Source: a virus
Lineage: Duplodnaviria > Caudoviricetes
DNA: 64,000 bases
IMG/VR virus record: IMGVR_UViG_2531839301_000007
Location: 1 to 64,000 of that record
Reading direction: 5' to 3' (one strand)
The notes below the pieces were generated by a model. The model saw only the letters and a program-made list of their open reading frames with translations. It did no database searches and had not been told where the DNA came from. A program made the translations under genes and the position numbers. Shown here one piece after another: positions 10,312-20,278 of the stretch (the stretch's first letter is position 1; every line of letters begins with the position of its first letter).

Positions 10312-10950
10312 TCAGACCTCTTTTATGTATTCCGGTTCCTTGTGATTGAAATACCACCGTTCAGATTCGATACAATTCTCCGTGACAAGTCGGCAGAACA
10401 TATCATGTATGATGGTAGTATCCTTGATGGCCCTTTTGATCCGGGCTTCTTGGGAGCCGAACCATCTCAAAAAGAAAGGCTGGTTTAGATAAGTTTCGCG
10501 CACGGTCTGATAACGTAGCCATCCCAAGTCACTTAGTCTTTTTTCACTCATCGGACTACTGTTCAGTTCCCTGAATAGTTCTTCTCGAAACCTGTTTTCA
10601 TCGAAGACAGGTTTGCTGTTACATAGCCTGTCGCACATATCGTAAAACTCCTTTTCTTTGGGGTTTTCTTCATAATACCGGTTCAAATACGCTTCCAGTT
10701 CTACATCGGACATACCCAACCGAAGGGAATACTCTGCCAACAACCGTTCGATGGCGGCTACTTTGTCCGGTGTCATGTCATCCATGCGGAGCAGGTTCTC
10801 CTTGGACAGCATACAAAACTCCCGGAGGGACAAAACAGTGAGTTCCGGATTGCTGACAGAGATTTGTTCGCGCGTCAAGCTGCTTTCAAACCCCATCATA
10901 TTTATCCCGTAGCCCAGTGACAGGGTGATTAAAATCCTTTTCGTTTTCAT
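10312..10950 (-). CDS. Protein with N-terminal RNA polymerase alpha-CTD-like domain
   Basis: FCMLSKENLLRMDDMTPDKVAAIERLLAEYSLRLGM resembles the alpha-CTD C-terminal pattern ending L.LGM. Confidence 0.5.
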   Translation of the reverse strand: MKTKRILITLSLGYGINMMGFESSLTREQISVSNPELTVLSLREFCMLSKENLLRMDDMTPDKVAAIERLLAEYSLRLGMSDVELEAYLNRYYEENPKEKEFYDMCDRLCNSKPVFDENRFREELFRELNSSPMSEKRLSDLGWLRYQTVRETYLNQPFFLRWFGSQEARIKRAIKDTTIIHDMFCRLVTENCIESERWYFNHKEPEYIKEV

Positions 10951-13661
10951 TATGATGTTATTTTAGTGGTTAAGTTCAGTACACATCCCGCTTCATTAAC
11001 TTTCTGCGCAAACGGCAATGCCTTGCCGATACCGCTGGTATTCCAGTCGCGGCAATATGCCTCGATAGCCTCTTGGTGGCTGCATTGTAACTCGCGCTTG
11101 TAAAGCTTCAGAGCCTCTTTCTCCGCTCGTTCGGTCGTGTAAGTCATGTAGCACTCGCGCGGTTCTTCCACGCCATAAACACCGCTGGTCGTGCCCCGAC
11201 GGATAAACACCTCGCGGAAGAAGCTGCGTCCTTCCTTGTTTTCAAGGCGGTTAATGGTAAAAATTTTCTTACAGTCCACGTCCGTTAGGCCAAGAATCGT
11301 CTTGATGGTGTCGAAACGTTCCTTGAATTTGCTCTGGTCAAGCAGCATCACCACATCCGAGTTATTGATGATGGCCTCTTTCACGATTTCGCTGCCGATG
11401 ATGTCTTGTATTTCCTGTGTCACCACGCCCACACTGGCCCAGAATTTACGCGCTGTTTTGTACATAAATTTAATGTACTCCGCCATCAGCGGGCTGGCGA
11501 TGGCTTTCCATGCTTCCTCGATGACAAGGACTTTGCGGTTCTTCTTGATGCGCATTTTTTGCAAGAAAACATCCATGATAATCAGCGTGACCAAAGGAAA
11601 AAGCAGCGGGTCATCTTTTATGCTGTCGATTTCGAAGACCACGAACGTCTCGTCGAACAGCGAGCTGTCCATGTTCTCGTTCAGCGTTTTTTCGTGGTTG
11701 CCGCCCAAATAGAAGTCCTTCATCATATAGCGGTATGTCGAGAGGTCGATGCCCGTGATACGGTTCTCCTCACAGATATCCGGGATGCGCTGCACGGAAT
11801 ATTCATAGAAAGAGTTGAATGACAGTTCCTCCACTTTCAGTTCCTTGCGTCGGCCCTCTATCTCGTCAATGATACCCTCGATGCGGACCGCGCGTTCCCG
11901 TTCGCTTTCGTGCCGCTTCTCACTGCTGTTGCGGTCATCAATAACGAGGCTCTTACGCAAGTCCTCACGCTGTTGGGGTGTGAAGCCCTCGAAACCATTG
12001 AAGTAGGCGTCGTAATATTCCGTGATGACGTGCTCTATCAGACGGTCTTCCGTCTTTGTGACCGTTCCCTGCGTACCTTTCCAGATAAGCAAGACGAGGT
12101 TTTTCAAGAATCCCGTTTTTTCTACGTTCATCTCTTCCCGATTGATACGGAACGGATTCATCGTGATGGGCCGTTCCTCGGTATAGCTGATATACTTGCC
12201 GCCGAAATACTCGCATAGCCCCTCGTATGAGTTACCCGTATCGACCATTACCACGTCCGTCCCCTGTTCATGCAACTGGCGCACGACGGAGTTCATGTGG
12301 AAACTCTTTCCGCTGCCCGAAGGCCCCAGGCAGAAAAAATTCGAGTTGTCGGTCAGCTTGTTCTTTCCCTCTTTTCCCGTGATGTCGATAGCTACCGGAA
12401 CACCTTGACGGTCAGTATAATAAATTTTTATCGGCGTTTCCTCACTATGCTGCACCCGTTCCTTGTACATCAGGCATACCGCAGCGTCGGAGAGGGTCAG
12501 AAAACGGTCATATTCCTCGTTCAGGCTGTAACAGTTGCCCGGAAATGAACTGACGAACAGTTCCAGTTGGTTGTATGCACGCTTACTGATATGTATGCCC
12601 ATGCGCCCAAAAGCGTTTTCCAAGTGATTCGTGCATTTTTGAAGGTCGGTGTCGGCAGGCACGCCCACCACCATGTTGAAGTGCGTGTACACGAGCAGTT
12701 TGCTTTCACGGGCTATTACGTCCTGTACCTGCTTGATGTCCTCTACGGCCATTTGGTTACTCGGATTGGGGATGCTTGCGTGCCGGTTCTTCTTTTTGTC
12801 GAGTAATGCCAGTTCACGCTTCTGACTGGGCAGGAAAATAATTTGGTTGTACACCACCGTTTCTGCGTTCGGAATATTATCCACCACCGAGACAAGATCC
12901 ACTGGCATCTCGGTATTATTCACCTCGATATTGGTATAGGGACGTATCAGCGAGGGGAGTGCGGCGCAGTCCACGTCCACGAGGCTGTACACCTTACAGC
13001 GTTTATCACCCATAGATACCGTTTCGTCGTCAGCCTTGACATTCGTCATCGAGACCGTACGGTCTTTGAAGTTCATCGCAAAGTAACGGTCCACATATTC
13101 GCTTGCCTCGGCTTTGTTCAGGAATTTCACTTGTACACCGCTGTCGCGTAGTAGGTCTCGAACCTTATAAATCTTCACGAGGAAATCGCGCCATTTCTTG
13201 CTATCGTAAGAGAAAAGACGGCTCTTCTTGGCTTCCTGTGTGATAGTCAGATAGCAAAGGCTGTCCGTGTACGGACGCCCATTAAAATAACGGAAGTACG
13301 ATGCTGAGAGAAATTCTTGATTATGCTCCGGCTCGTTCGCGAACTGTTTTCTCACGAAGATGTCCTGTTTGTGTAAGGCATATCCTTCGCCCAGTGTTTG
13401 CGCAAGGGCAGAGAATAGATGCGTGAAATCGTAATAGCTGTCAATGTCCGCCGAATACTTCTGTACCGGATTTTCGATTTTTAAGACGGCGGAATATTCA
13501 CCCGTCTTGGTGTACAGCACACCCACACCATCTGTATCTTCCACAGAGAAATAGATATTCTGAAAGATGTGCTTGCGCTTGCCGCCCGTACCGAACGTAT
13601 AGACTGACAAGGCCATACCCGTACATAGGGCGATGAAAAATAAAATGATATATAGGGTCAT
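10950..13661 (-). CDS. traG: TraG VirB4-family conjugation ATPase
   Basis: Walker A GPSGSGKS, Walker B LVIEEAW, VVTQEIQD. Confidence 0.93.
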   Translation of the reverse strand: MTLYIILFFIALCTGMALSVYTFGTGGKRKHIFQNIYFSVEDTDGVGVLYTKTGEYSAVLKIENPVQKYSADIDSYYDFTHLFSALAQTLGEGYALHKQDIFVRKQFANEPEHNQEFLSASYFRYFNGRPYTDSLCYLTITQEAKKSRLFSYDSKKWRDFLVKIYKVRDLLRDSGVQVKFLNKAEASEYVDRYFAMNFKDRTVSMTNVKADDETVSMGDKRCKVYSLVDVDCAALPSLIRPYTNIEVNNTEMPVDLVSVVDNIPNAETVVYNQIIFLPSQKRELALLDKKKNRHASIPNPSNQMAVEDIKQVQDVIARESKLLVYTHFNMVVGVPADTDLQKCTNHLENAFGRMGIHISKRAYNQLELFVSSFPGNCYSLNEEYDRFLTLSDAAVCLMYKERVQHSEETPIKIYYTDRQGVPVAIDITGKEGKNKLTDNSNFFCLGPSGSGKSFHMNSVVRQLHEQGTDVVMVDTGNSYEGLCEYFGGKYISYTEERPITMNPFRINREEMNVEKTGFLKNLVLLIWKGTQGTVTKTEDRLIEHVITEYYDAYFNGFEGFTPQQREDLRKSLVIDDRNSSEKRHESERERAVRIEGIIDEIEGRRKELKVEELSFNSFYEYSVQRIPDICEENRITGIDLSTYRYMMKDFYLGGNHEKTLNENMDSSLFDETFVVFEIDSIKDDPLLFPLVTLIIMDVFLQKMRIKKNRKVLVIEEAWKAIASPLMAEYIKFMYKTARKFWASVGVVTQEIQDIIGSEIVKEAIINNSDVVMLLDQSKFKERFDTIKTILGLTDVDCKKIFTINRLENKEGRSFFREVFIRRGTTSGVYGVEEPRECYMTYTTERAEKEALKLYKRELQCSHQEAIEAYCRDWNTSGIGKALPFAQKVNEAGCVLNLTTKITS

Positions 13662-13684
13662 TCCGATATTCGTTCATTAAATAG

Positions 13685-13719
13685 GGGCAGGTCTGCCTCG
13701 GCTGGAGGCGGACCCGCCC
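13685..13719 (-). terminator. Strong GC-rich hairpin between traF and traG
   Basis: 15-bp stem with one mismatch on the minus strand and a weak U tail; may be a stabiliser rather than a terminator. Confidence 0.45.
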
Positions 13720-13772
13720 GCGTTCAACAATCAATCAGCCACACACATTGCCGTGATGGTTTTTTCTTATAG

Positions 13773-14066
13773 TCATACTTTGTGCGAATAGGCATACACA
13801 TACACTCCACGTTTTACATTTTTGCTGTGCAGCCCTTTTCGCTGTTTGAGGATGATAAGCACGATTCCCGCAGATAAGACAGTTGCCAATACGACCAGTC
13901 CGGCCACAAAGCCCATAAGACAGTAGGCGGCGATAAAGCCCACAATGGCTCCACCAGCCACGCCTGCCGCCCAATAGATGTAGCGGCCTTGTAATCCCAT
14001 CAGCTCCAAAGGCCGTTGTAACCCCTTGAACAGCGGATAATCCGGATAACGTCCGTCATTAATCAT
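13773..14066 (-). CDS. traF: TraF / DUF4133 (VirB3-like)
   Basis: YPLFKGLQRPLELMGLQGRYIYW, two TMs, RKGLHSK. Confidence 0.85.
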   Translation of the reverse strand: MINDGRYPDYPLFKGLQRPLELMGLQGRYIYWAAGVAGGAIVGFIAAYCLMGFVAGLVVLATVLSAGIVLIILKQRKGLHSKNVKRGVYVYAYSHKV

Positions 14067-14079
14067 TTCCCCTGACTGT

Positions 14080-14457
14080 TTATGCGTTAATTCCGAAGAA
14101 TAGAGGTAATGCTTGGGCTGCCGCAATCAAGAAAAGGCACGCCCCAACTACCATCATGATCTTCTTCTTGACATCCTGTTCCTCGTTGTTCATGGCGATA
14201 TACACCGAAATGGCTCCGATGATGGCCACGACACCAGCAATGGCATAGCAGAGTTTGACCATGACAGGAACGTATTTCACGATTTCCTCCGCTACGGTTG
14301 ATAGAGCTGTCGTACCGGCCGAGTAATCACCTGCCGTACTTTGAGCCATAGCAGGTATGCCTCCCAACAGGGCAATGATTAACATTCTTACTTTGGTGGA
14401 AACTTGCATGATGGTTTTCTTTGCCTTTCGGCACATTCTTTTGAATTTCTGAAACAT
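14080..14457 (-). CDS. traE: TraE / DUF4134 pilin-like protein
   Basis: KLCYAIAGVVAIIGAISVYIAMNNEEQDVKKKI motif. Confidence 0.85.
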   Translation of the reverse strand: MFQKFKRMCRKAKKTIMQVSTKVRMLIIALLGGIPAMAQSTAGDYSAGTTALSTVAEEIVKYVPVMVKLCYAIAGVVAIIGAISVYIAMNNEEQDVKKKIMMVVGACLFLIAAAQALPLFFGINA

Positions 14458-14521
14458 ATTTATTACATTTTTGTGGTACTCTTGTTTTTTTTTGAATTTA
14501 TTTTACACTTCTGTCAGCCAC

Positions 14522-14845
14522 CTATATGCGGTAGCCGAAGAAAGCAGGGAACACGATTGAAGCACCAATGATGAAGAGGCACGCACCGACAAGTGATACG
14601 ATAGACTTCACCACGCCGTCCTCGCCTGTGTTCATTTTGATATAGATCTGGAGCGCGGCAACGACTACGAAAACCGAGGCGACAGCGTAGCAGATGTACA
14701 GCACGTACAGCATCATCGTCACCACGAAGTCGTGCATCGTTGCCAGTGCGTCTGCACCCCAACTGTAGTTTACGCTGCCACTTTTGGCGAATGCCGCATA
14801 AGGGACAAAGCACAGTGCACATAATATTTTTTTTGCTTTCGACAT
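14522..14845 (-). CDS. Second DUF4134 pilin-like protein
   Basis: LQIYIKMNTGEDGVVKSIVSLVGACLF parallels traE. Confidence 0.75.
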   Translation of the reverse strand: MSKAKKILCALCFVPYAAFAKSGSVNYSWGADALATMHDFVVTMMLYVLYICYAVASVFVVVAALQIYIKMNTGEDGVVKSIVSLVGACLFIIGASIVFPAFFGYRI

Positions 14846-14846
14846 T

Positions 14847-15299
14847 TTACAATCGGTCTTTGAGAGGTTTCCATACCAGTTTCGGACGGTTGCCCGTCTT
14901 TCCTTTGGCAAGCATCGCTTTGTATAGTTCGTCTGCCGTGTATGCGTCCGACAGGTAGGTCTCGGTTTCTTCCATCTGTTCCTCCGCTTGGGCTTTCAGG
15001 CGTTTTAGCTTCTCCGCCACGGCTATCTCGCCATTATTGTCTGCGGTTTCCGTCTCCCGTGGTGCAGGCGAAGCGGTAGGGGCAATATCTGTTTCATATT
15101 TCTCATTACCCACATTGAATCCCGTATCGCTCTCCGTCACGTACACACTCTGCTCATCTTCTGGCGCACCGAGGTCAAATACCTCTTCTTCCAGCTTGCC
15201 ATTTCCTTTTTTTCCATAAAGGTCCTGCACGATGATAACTGCATAATAGACGAGATAGGCAACCGTCAGGACAATGGTGAAAATAAAATATGATTTCAT
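14847..15299 (-). CDS. First gene of the tra operon; N-terminal TM, acidic tail
   Basis: MKSYFIFTIVLTVAYLVYY start after an AT-rich intergenic region. Confidence 0.6.
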   Translation of the reverse strand: MKSYFIFTIVLTVAYLVYYAVIIVQDLYGKKGNGKLEEEVFDLGAPEDEQSVYVTESDTGFNVGNEKYETDIAPTASPAPRETETADNNGEIAVAEKLKRLKAQAEEQMEETETYLSDAYTADELYKAMLAKGKTGNRPKLVWKPLKDRL

Positions 15300-15311
15300 A
15301 TATTTTTGTAT

Positions 15312-15446
15312 AATATGATTTTTATATTTGGTTGTGTGTGCAAAATAAGAATGGATAAGTTTAAAGATAAAATTATTGGCTACAAAACATATTATTTTAA
15401 TATGATATTTTCTCAAAATACAAAAATCATATTACAAAATCATATT
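15312..15446. repeat. AAAATCATATT repeats upstream of the tra operon
   Basis: Copies at 15423-15433 and 15436-15446; inverted copy 15312-15322; near-inverted copy 15399-15411. Confidence 0.6.
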
Positions 15447-15488
15447 CAAATACGATTTTACATAAGAAAGCAGGAAAAGTTGGGGTAT

Positions 15489-15516
15489 AAAAAAAGCCCT
15501 CCGTGAAGGAGAGCTT
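15489..15516 (-). terminator. Rho-independent terminator after the primase gene
   Basis: Minus strand AAGCTCTCC-TTCAC-GGAGGGCTT followed by a U run. Confidence 0.75.
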
Positions 15517-15530
15517 AGGGAGTGGGTTGT

Positions 15531-16424
15531 TCATTGTTTCTTCCCGCGTAGGTAGTCGTTTAGGTCTTTGTAACCGGCATAACGGTTGGACTCGTTATAG
15601 ACGCGTCTATCATACATCCCGGCTACGGTTTCCACTGTCTTTTGTCCGGCAAGGTCATTGTCAAGGTAACAGTGGATATACGTGTATTTTTGCAGATACG
15701 TCAATGTCTTTTTCAGATTACTGATCGAGTTCATAATAAGGTGGTCACAGGGAGCATTAATACAAATGGCACTATCGTCCGTCTGTTTGAGAGTCAGATA
15801 GGACAGAAAGTCCATGAACCCTTCAAACAGGCAGACACGGCTCTGTGTCTCACCACGCGATTGGAGTATCAAAGAAATGTCCTTGTTCTTGATACATCCT
15901 TTATAATAAGGGTTTCGCACCTCGTATCCACCGGATATGTTGCCAAAAGCCAGTGCAAAGTAACGTCGCTGGCGCAGTTCGTAATGCACTTCCTTACAGA
16001 ACATTCGTCCGATATCCGAATCAATCATACGTGAATGGAGATATGAGAACAGTGCGTGGTGTCGCAGCGGCACGATAATCAGATTTTTCATGTCGGCTTC
16101 CACGGGTCGGAACGTTGTGGGCAATGTCCGGGTTTTCGGTAGCGATACACCATTGACATGCCGTTCGATGTATGCTAATGCTTCACTCACACTTTTTGTT
16201 TCGCAAAGGTACTTACCCAGTTCCACAAGGTCGCCTCCGGTGGCCTCGCCAAAATCATACCATTCATTCAGCCGGTCATTGACTTTGAACGATGGCGTCA
16301 CCTCTTTCCTGAGAGGCGAAAGATACCAGTATTGCTCTGATTTCATATACTGCGCACGGTGGCCGAGCTGGGCCAAAAAGTCCACGATACGCACTCGTTT
16401 TGCTTCATCTATGGTCATATTCAA
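15531..16424 (-). CDS. DNA primase (zinc finger plus Toprim-like)
   Basis: SPLRKEVTPSFKV, LFEGFMDFLS, YLDNDLAG, YKDLNDYL. Confidence 0.88.
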   Translation of the reverse strand: MNMTIDEAKRVRIVDFLAQLGHRAQYMKSEQYWYLSPLRKEVTPSFKVNDRLNEWYDFGEATGGDLVELGKYLCETKSVSEALAYIERHVNGVSLPKTRTLPTTFRPVEADMKNLIIVPLRHHALFSYLHSRMIDSDIGRMFCKEVHYELRQRRYFALAFGNISGGYEVRNPYYKGCIKNKDISLILQSRGETQSRVCLFEGFMDFLSYLTLKQTDDSAICINAPCDHLIMNSISNLKKTLTYLQKYTYIHCYLDNDLAGQKTVETVAGMYDRRVYNESNRYAGYKDLNDYLRGKKQ

Positions 16425-16450
16425 ATTCTTTTCACTTGTTTGCGCAAAAG

Positions 16451-16500
16451 CGGTTTAGTTTAGTTTGCGACCCTATATATATAAATACTAAATTAAACTG
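16451..16500. repeat. Imperfect inverted repeat around a (TA)n core
   Basis: CGGTTTAGTTTAGT ... TATATATATA ... ACTAAATTAAACTG between the ATPase and primase genes. Confidence 0.55.
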
Positions 16501-16524
16501 AATTATATAGGCCCGCGCCCGCTC

Positions 16525-17631
16525 TCATTCTTCATCGAAAAGCATGGTTTCTGCCTGTGTCATGTCATAATAAAAAAGTTTATCTCGTTTGATAACCAGT
16601 TTTAAGGTGTCAGTCAGATATTGCAGCAGTTTGACCATTACGTTTCTCCCACGCTTAAATCCGATTGCCTCGTAAGCTGTCATCATGGCTTGCAGCATAT
16701 TTTCAAACCCACGGATAGGTTTGTCTCCAAACGCAGCGGAAAGGGCTTCACGGTGCTGTTCGACGCTTAGTTCCATAAAACCCGTCCGCTGTTTAGGTTT
16801 CTGATGTGGGGCATTCTCAAACAAATGCCCTTCTGCGAGAACCGGGAGCCCGCCCTCATTAACAGTGAAAGCAAAGGGTTTAAACTCTTTCTCACGGATG
16901 TGTAACGCATGAACCTCGCTGACGTTGGGACAATCGTTGTTTTTGCTGATGACCAGTACAGTCTCCGCCTTGTTGCTCATTTCCGTACCGATATGCCCGC
17001 GCACATTGTTATCTCCTTTATTCAAGTGTAGCACACAGTGGATATGCAGGTCATACTTTGATGACCACTCCATCATCTTGTTAATGACTTCCACGGACTC
17101 ACCGGTACTGTTTATGTCAAGCATCAGGTCACGGATACCGTCGATGATAACAAGTCCGTATCCTTTTCTTTGACGTAAGGCGTAGTCGATGACCCCAATG
17201 CGTATTGCCGGAGAGTATTCGCGCAAGCAAATAAAGTCGAGGTTTTCACTGTCGGTTGTAGTGGGCAGTCCGGCAAGCCGCAAGATGCGTTCCAGTACAT
17301 TGTGACAATGGAAGCGGCTCTGCTCCGTGTCCACGTACAGAATCTTGCGTTTACCTTCCGGGAGGTGCGCCCGGTAGTTCAGCACTTGTTTCCCTGCCAG
17401 CGATGCAGCGACAATGGCCGAAACGTTAAATGTTTTTTTTGATTTCGCCTTGCCGGTTGATGCGCTGAAGTTGCCGAGCGTAGCAATGGTCGAGTTGTCT
17501 ATCCAGATAATCTGTGGCGGCGTTTCATAGGTATCCGTCGCCCGAATCTGCGAGGCGGAGAGGATATCCGATAAGAAATCCTCCTCCGGCCTCATATCCA
17601 CATTATATTCAGTTCTTCTTTCGTTTTCCAT
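16525..17631 (-). CDS. AAA-family ATPase/helicase (AAA_25-like)
   Basis: GKAKSKKT Walker A, VDTEQS, IIDGIRD, HLNKGDNNVRGHIGTE. Confidence 0.85.
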   Translation of the reverse strand: MENERRTEYNVDMRPEEDFLSDILSASQIRATDTYETPPQIIWIDNSTIATLGNFSASTGKAKSKKTFNVSAIVAASLAGKQVLNYRAHLPEGKRKILYVDTEQSRFHCHNVLERILRLAGLPTTTDSENLDFICLREYSPAIRIGVIDYALRQRKGYGLVIIDGIRDLMLDINSTGESVEVINKMMEWSSKYDLHIHCVLHLNKGDNNVRGHIGTEMSNKAETVLVISKNNDCPNVSEVHALHIREKEFKPFAFTVNEGGLPVLAEGHLFENAPHQKPKQRTGFMELSVEQHREALSAAFGDKPIRGFENMLQAMMTAYEAIGFKRGRNVMVKLLQYLTDTLKLVIKRDKLFYYDMTQAETMLFDEE

Positions 17632-18007
17632 GGCGTCTTTGATTAAAGAAAGGTTGTGTGGCAGCGGCCTCGTTTGCCATACGTGCTGCTTCATCTACGG
17701 TTGGTTCATAATTCTGCAAAAGCCATTCGTCCAGATCTTCTTTGGCGAAATATATCATTTTGCCACGTGGCTTGTAGTGCGGAATCTCCTTGCCTGATGT
17801 TAGCTTGTACAGCATACTCTCGGATATTCCGATATACATACAAGCCTCTTGGAAGGTAAACACCTGTTTGGTGGTATATATATTTTTTTCCAGCAATGCG
17901 ATGCGTTCCAACAGACTTTCTATCGGATCTAATTTCTTTAGGATGGCTTCGACGCTTGTAAGCCGTTCACTCAGCCGTTCCATGAATGTCAATCTATTAT
18001 TTTGCAT
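17609..18007 (-). CDS. HTH_17 excisionase-like DNA-binding protein
   Basis: FTFQEACMYIGISESMLYKLTSGKEIPHYKPRGKMIYF. Confidence 0.85.
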   Translation of the reverse strand: MQNNRLTFMERLSERLTSVEAILKKLDPIESLLERIALLEKNIYTTKQVFTFQEACMYIGISESMLYKLTSGKEIPHYKPRGKMIYFAKEDLDEWLLQNYEPTVDEAARMANEAAATQPFFNQRRHGKRKKN

Positions 18008-18183
18008 AAATGAGTTATTATAAATTTAGACAATGAAGTATATCCTCCGTTATGTAGCGCGCTAACGGAGGTCAAAGATAGGGCAACCCAAAAGGTCAGC
18101 GTGAGTTTGTACCGTGATAGTAACCACGTATCACGGCAACTGTCACGCTTTTACCTTTCACATACTTCGCTTATTGGCACTTC

Positions 18184-18957
18184 TTACCACTCTCTCAGTT
18201 CATCAATGGCTCGTCTGATACCGTAACCTGTTGATGTCATGTTGTTACGCAAGGCAGACAGAGCGGATGAAAGGCTTGAAGCTGAAACGAATCCTTTTCC
18301 ATCCTTGGTTTGCAAGAACCGCCCACTACTGAGAACGGACTGCCATTTGGCTTGGATAAACGAGTGCTCAAGGAGTGTATCAAACAGGATGGCCACATGG
18401 CGGATATTGTTTACACGAATACAGAATCCTTCTTTACAGGAAAGCAGGGCTTCCATATCTTCAACGTGTAGGGTAGAAACGCAAAACAGATGATAAGCAT
18501 TGGCACAAGCTGTAATACCTATCATCTGTTTACGAGTGAGATTGCATCCAAAAGAAAGAGGATAAATTCTTGTCGGTCCATCTTTGCAGCACGTGACGGA
18601 CTGTGATGGTGGCACAAACGTATCATACGTTCGTTTCAGTTCCATACACTTCTCGAACGAGAAGTCTGCTTCGGTAAAAAATGCTCGGATAAGATGGGAG
18701 CAATCGTTTAATAGCCCCTTGACGATATGAATGTTCATTTCATGGCAGTTCCGGCAGACCGCATGGTCACAGTCGATATACCGGTGGCTGTTTACGAAAT
18801 CCTCCACGTAACGGTAGTACTGCTTATTGCCCGTCACGACATCACGGAGATACATTGTTTTTGCTTCAACGAGCAATGCGAATAATTCTTTCGCTACATC
18901 CTGTTCTGCAACAAAATGGTGCAGATGTTTTTTCCCTCCAAAAAGAGAGAGAGCCAT
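18184..18957 (-). CDS. Hypothetical Cys-rich protein between int and xis
   Basis: 257-aa ORF, co-oriented. Confidence 0.6.
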   Translation of the reverse strand: MALSLFGGKKHLHHFVAEQDVAKELFALLVEAKTMYLRDVVTGNKQYYRYVEDFVNSHRYIDCDHAVCRNCHEMNIHIVKGLLNDCSHLIRAFFTEADFSFEKCMELKRTYDTFVPPSQSVTCCKDGPTRIYPLSFGCNLTRKQMIGITACANAYHLFCVSTLHVEDMEALLSCKEGFCIRVNNIRHVAILFDTLLEHSFIQAKWQSVLSSGRFLQTKDGKGFVSASSLSSALSALRNNMTSTGYGIRRAIDELREW

Positions 18958-19090
18958 TGTTAGGTCTTTTCATGATGAAATATTTTAAATTGGATTTATA
19001 TGATATATTATAAGAGTGTTGCTCCCGAAAGAGAATCCTGTCGGAACAACACCCTTATAAGTGATTACATATCTGATGTTCATTGCATTG

Positions 19091-20221
19091 TCAATCGAAT
19101 AAACCGTTGGTCAGATTTACTGCATCGTCTTTTTTCTTATTGACGATTTTGGCATACACTTGGGTCATCTTTACAGATGTATGACCGAGTAATTTAGATA
19201 CAGTGTACAAATCGGCCCCCAATGTCAGCATCATTGTGGCGAACGTGTGGCGGGCGGTATGAAAGGTGAATCGCTTGGAAATTCCGGCGGCTTTGGCCCA
19301 TGGTTTGATAAGCTGGTTGATACCAGAAGGCAAATCGAACACATGGTCGTCTGCTGTCTTGTCCCCACGTTCCGGCATCCACTTCAACGCTTCATTGGAG
19401 AGCGGAAGGTAAATCGGTTCTTTCGTCTTCTGCATGGCTACTGCCAAGCGGTATTGGCCGTTGTCAATAAACACATCTTTCCATTGCAATCCGATAATGT
19501 CACTGATACGTAGTCCACAGAAGCAGGAGAACAGGTAGGCACTTTTTACCCCTTCGTTCTGCATTGGTGTAGCGATTAATGATCTCACTTCTTCAATAGT
19601 CATATACGAACGCACACTTTCCGGCATCTTGGGCTTCTCCGATTTTTCCATTTCGTTGAATGGATTCTTTAAGATCCGTTTCGCACGGACAGCGGCATTT
19701 AACGCACCGTTGAAAATCTGGTAATAGGTATTACGCGTAGAAGCCGAGATGGGTTTTCCTTTGGGACGGTAGTTTGTCAGCATATAGTCGATATAGCCGT
19801 GGCAAAAAGTGAGGTCAATCTGATTTAATGTGAATCTTTCTCCTGCATACTCTTTCAAGATATCGGTAACAGATTTTATCTGGCCTATGTTTTTCTTACC
19901 ACGTTTCTTCTGTTCCTCTTTATAGAGTTGCATCCAGTCCAGCAGATAAACCTTATCCTTGTGATTCATGATACCGGCTTCACCACTTGTCAACTCTATG
20001 ATACGCTTCGATTTGATTGCATTTGCGGCAGCCATTGTCGTTTCGTTCTGTTGGCGGGCATTACGATCCGTTTCCGGAATAAGATACATTTTCAGATACT
20101 CGTATGTCCGCTTACCATTTCGGTATATATCCAGATACAAACTCTTGCTGCCATTGGCCAACTCCTTCGTCCGAAGACGAATCGGCTCCTTTACTTTTAT
20201 TGGCTTTCTGGTCCTTGGCAT
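19091..20221 (-). CDS. int: Tyrosine recombinase / integrase
   Basis: GLRISD, FHTARHTFAT, LLGH, TQVYAK catalytic residues; N-terminal arm-binding domain. Confidence 0.95.
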   Translation of the reverse strand: MPRTRKPIKVKEPIRLRTKELANGSKSLYLDIYRNGKRTYEYLKMYLIPETDRNARQQNETTMAAANAIKSKRIIELTSGEAGIMNHKDKVYLLDWMQLYKEEQKKRGKKNIGQIKSVTDILKEYAGERFTLNQIDLTFCHGYIDYMLTNYRPKGKPISASTRNTYYQIFNGALNAAVRAKRILKNPFNEMEKSEKPKMPESVRSYMTIEEVRSLIATPMQNEGVKSAYLFSCFCGLRISDIIGLQWKDVFIDNGQYRLAVAMQKTKEPIYLPLSNEALKWMPERGDKTADDHVFDLPSGINQLIKPWAKAAGISKRFTFHTARHTFATMMLTLGADLYTVSKLLGHTSVKMTQVYAKIVNKKKDDAVNLTNGLFD

Positions 20222-20253
20222 ATTTGTGTCCTTTTATTCGTTATTTCCTATCA

Positions 20254-20261
20254 CAAAGGTA
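20254..20261 (-). promoter_or_regulatory. Bacteroidetes -7 promoter element for int
   Basis: TACCTTTG on the minus strand 33 nt upstream of the ATG. Confidence 0.65.
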
Positions 20262-20278
20262 CAAATAAAAAACGAAAT

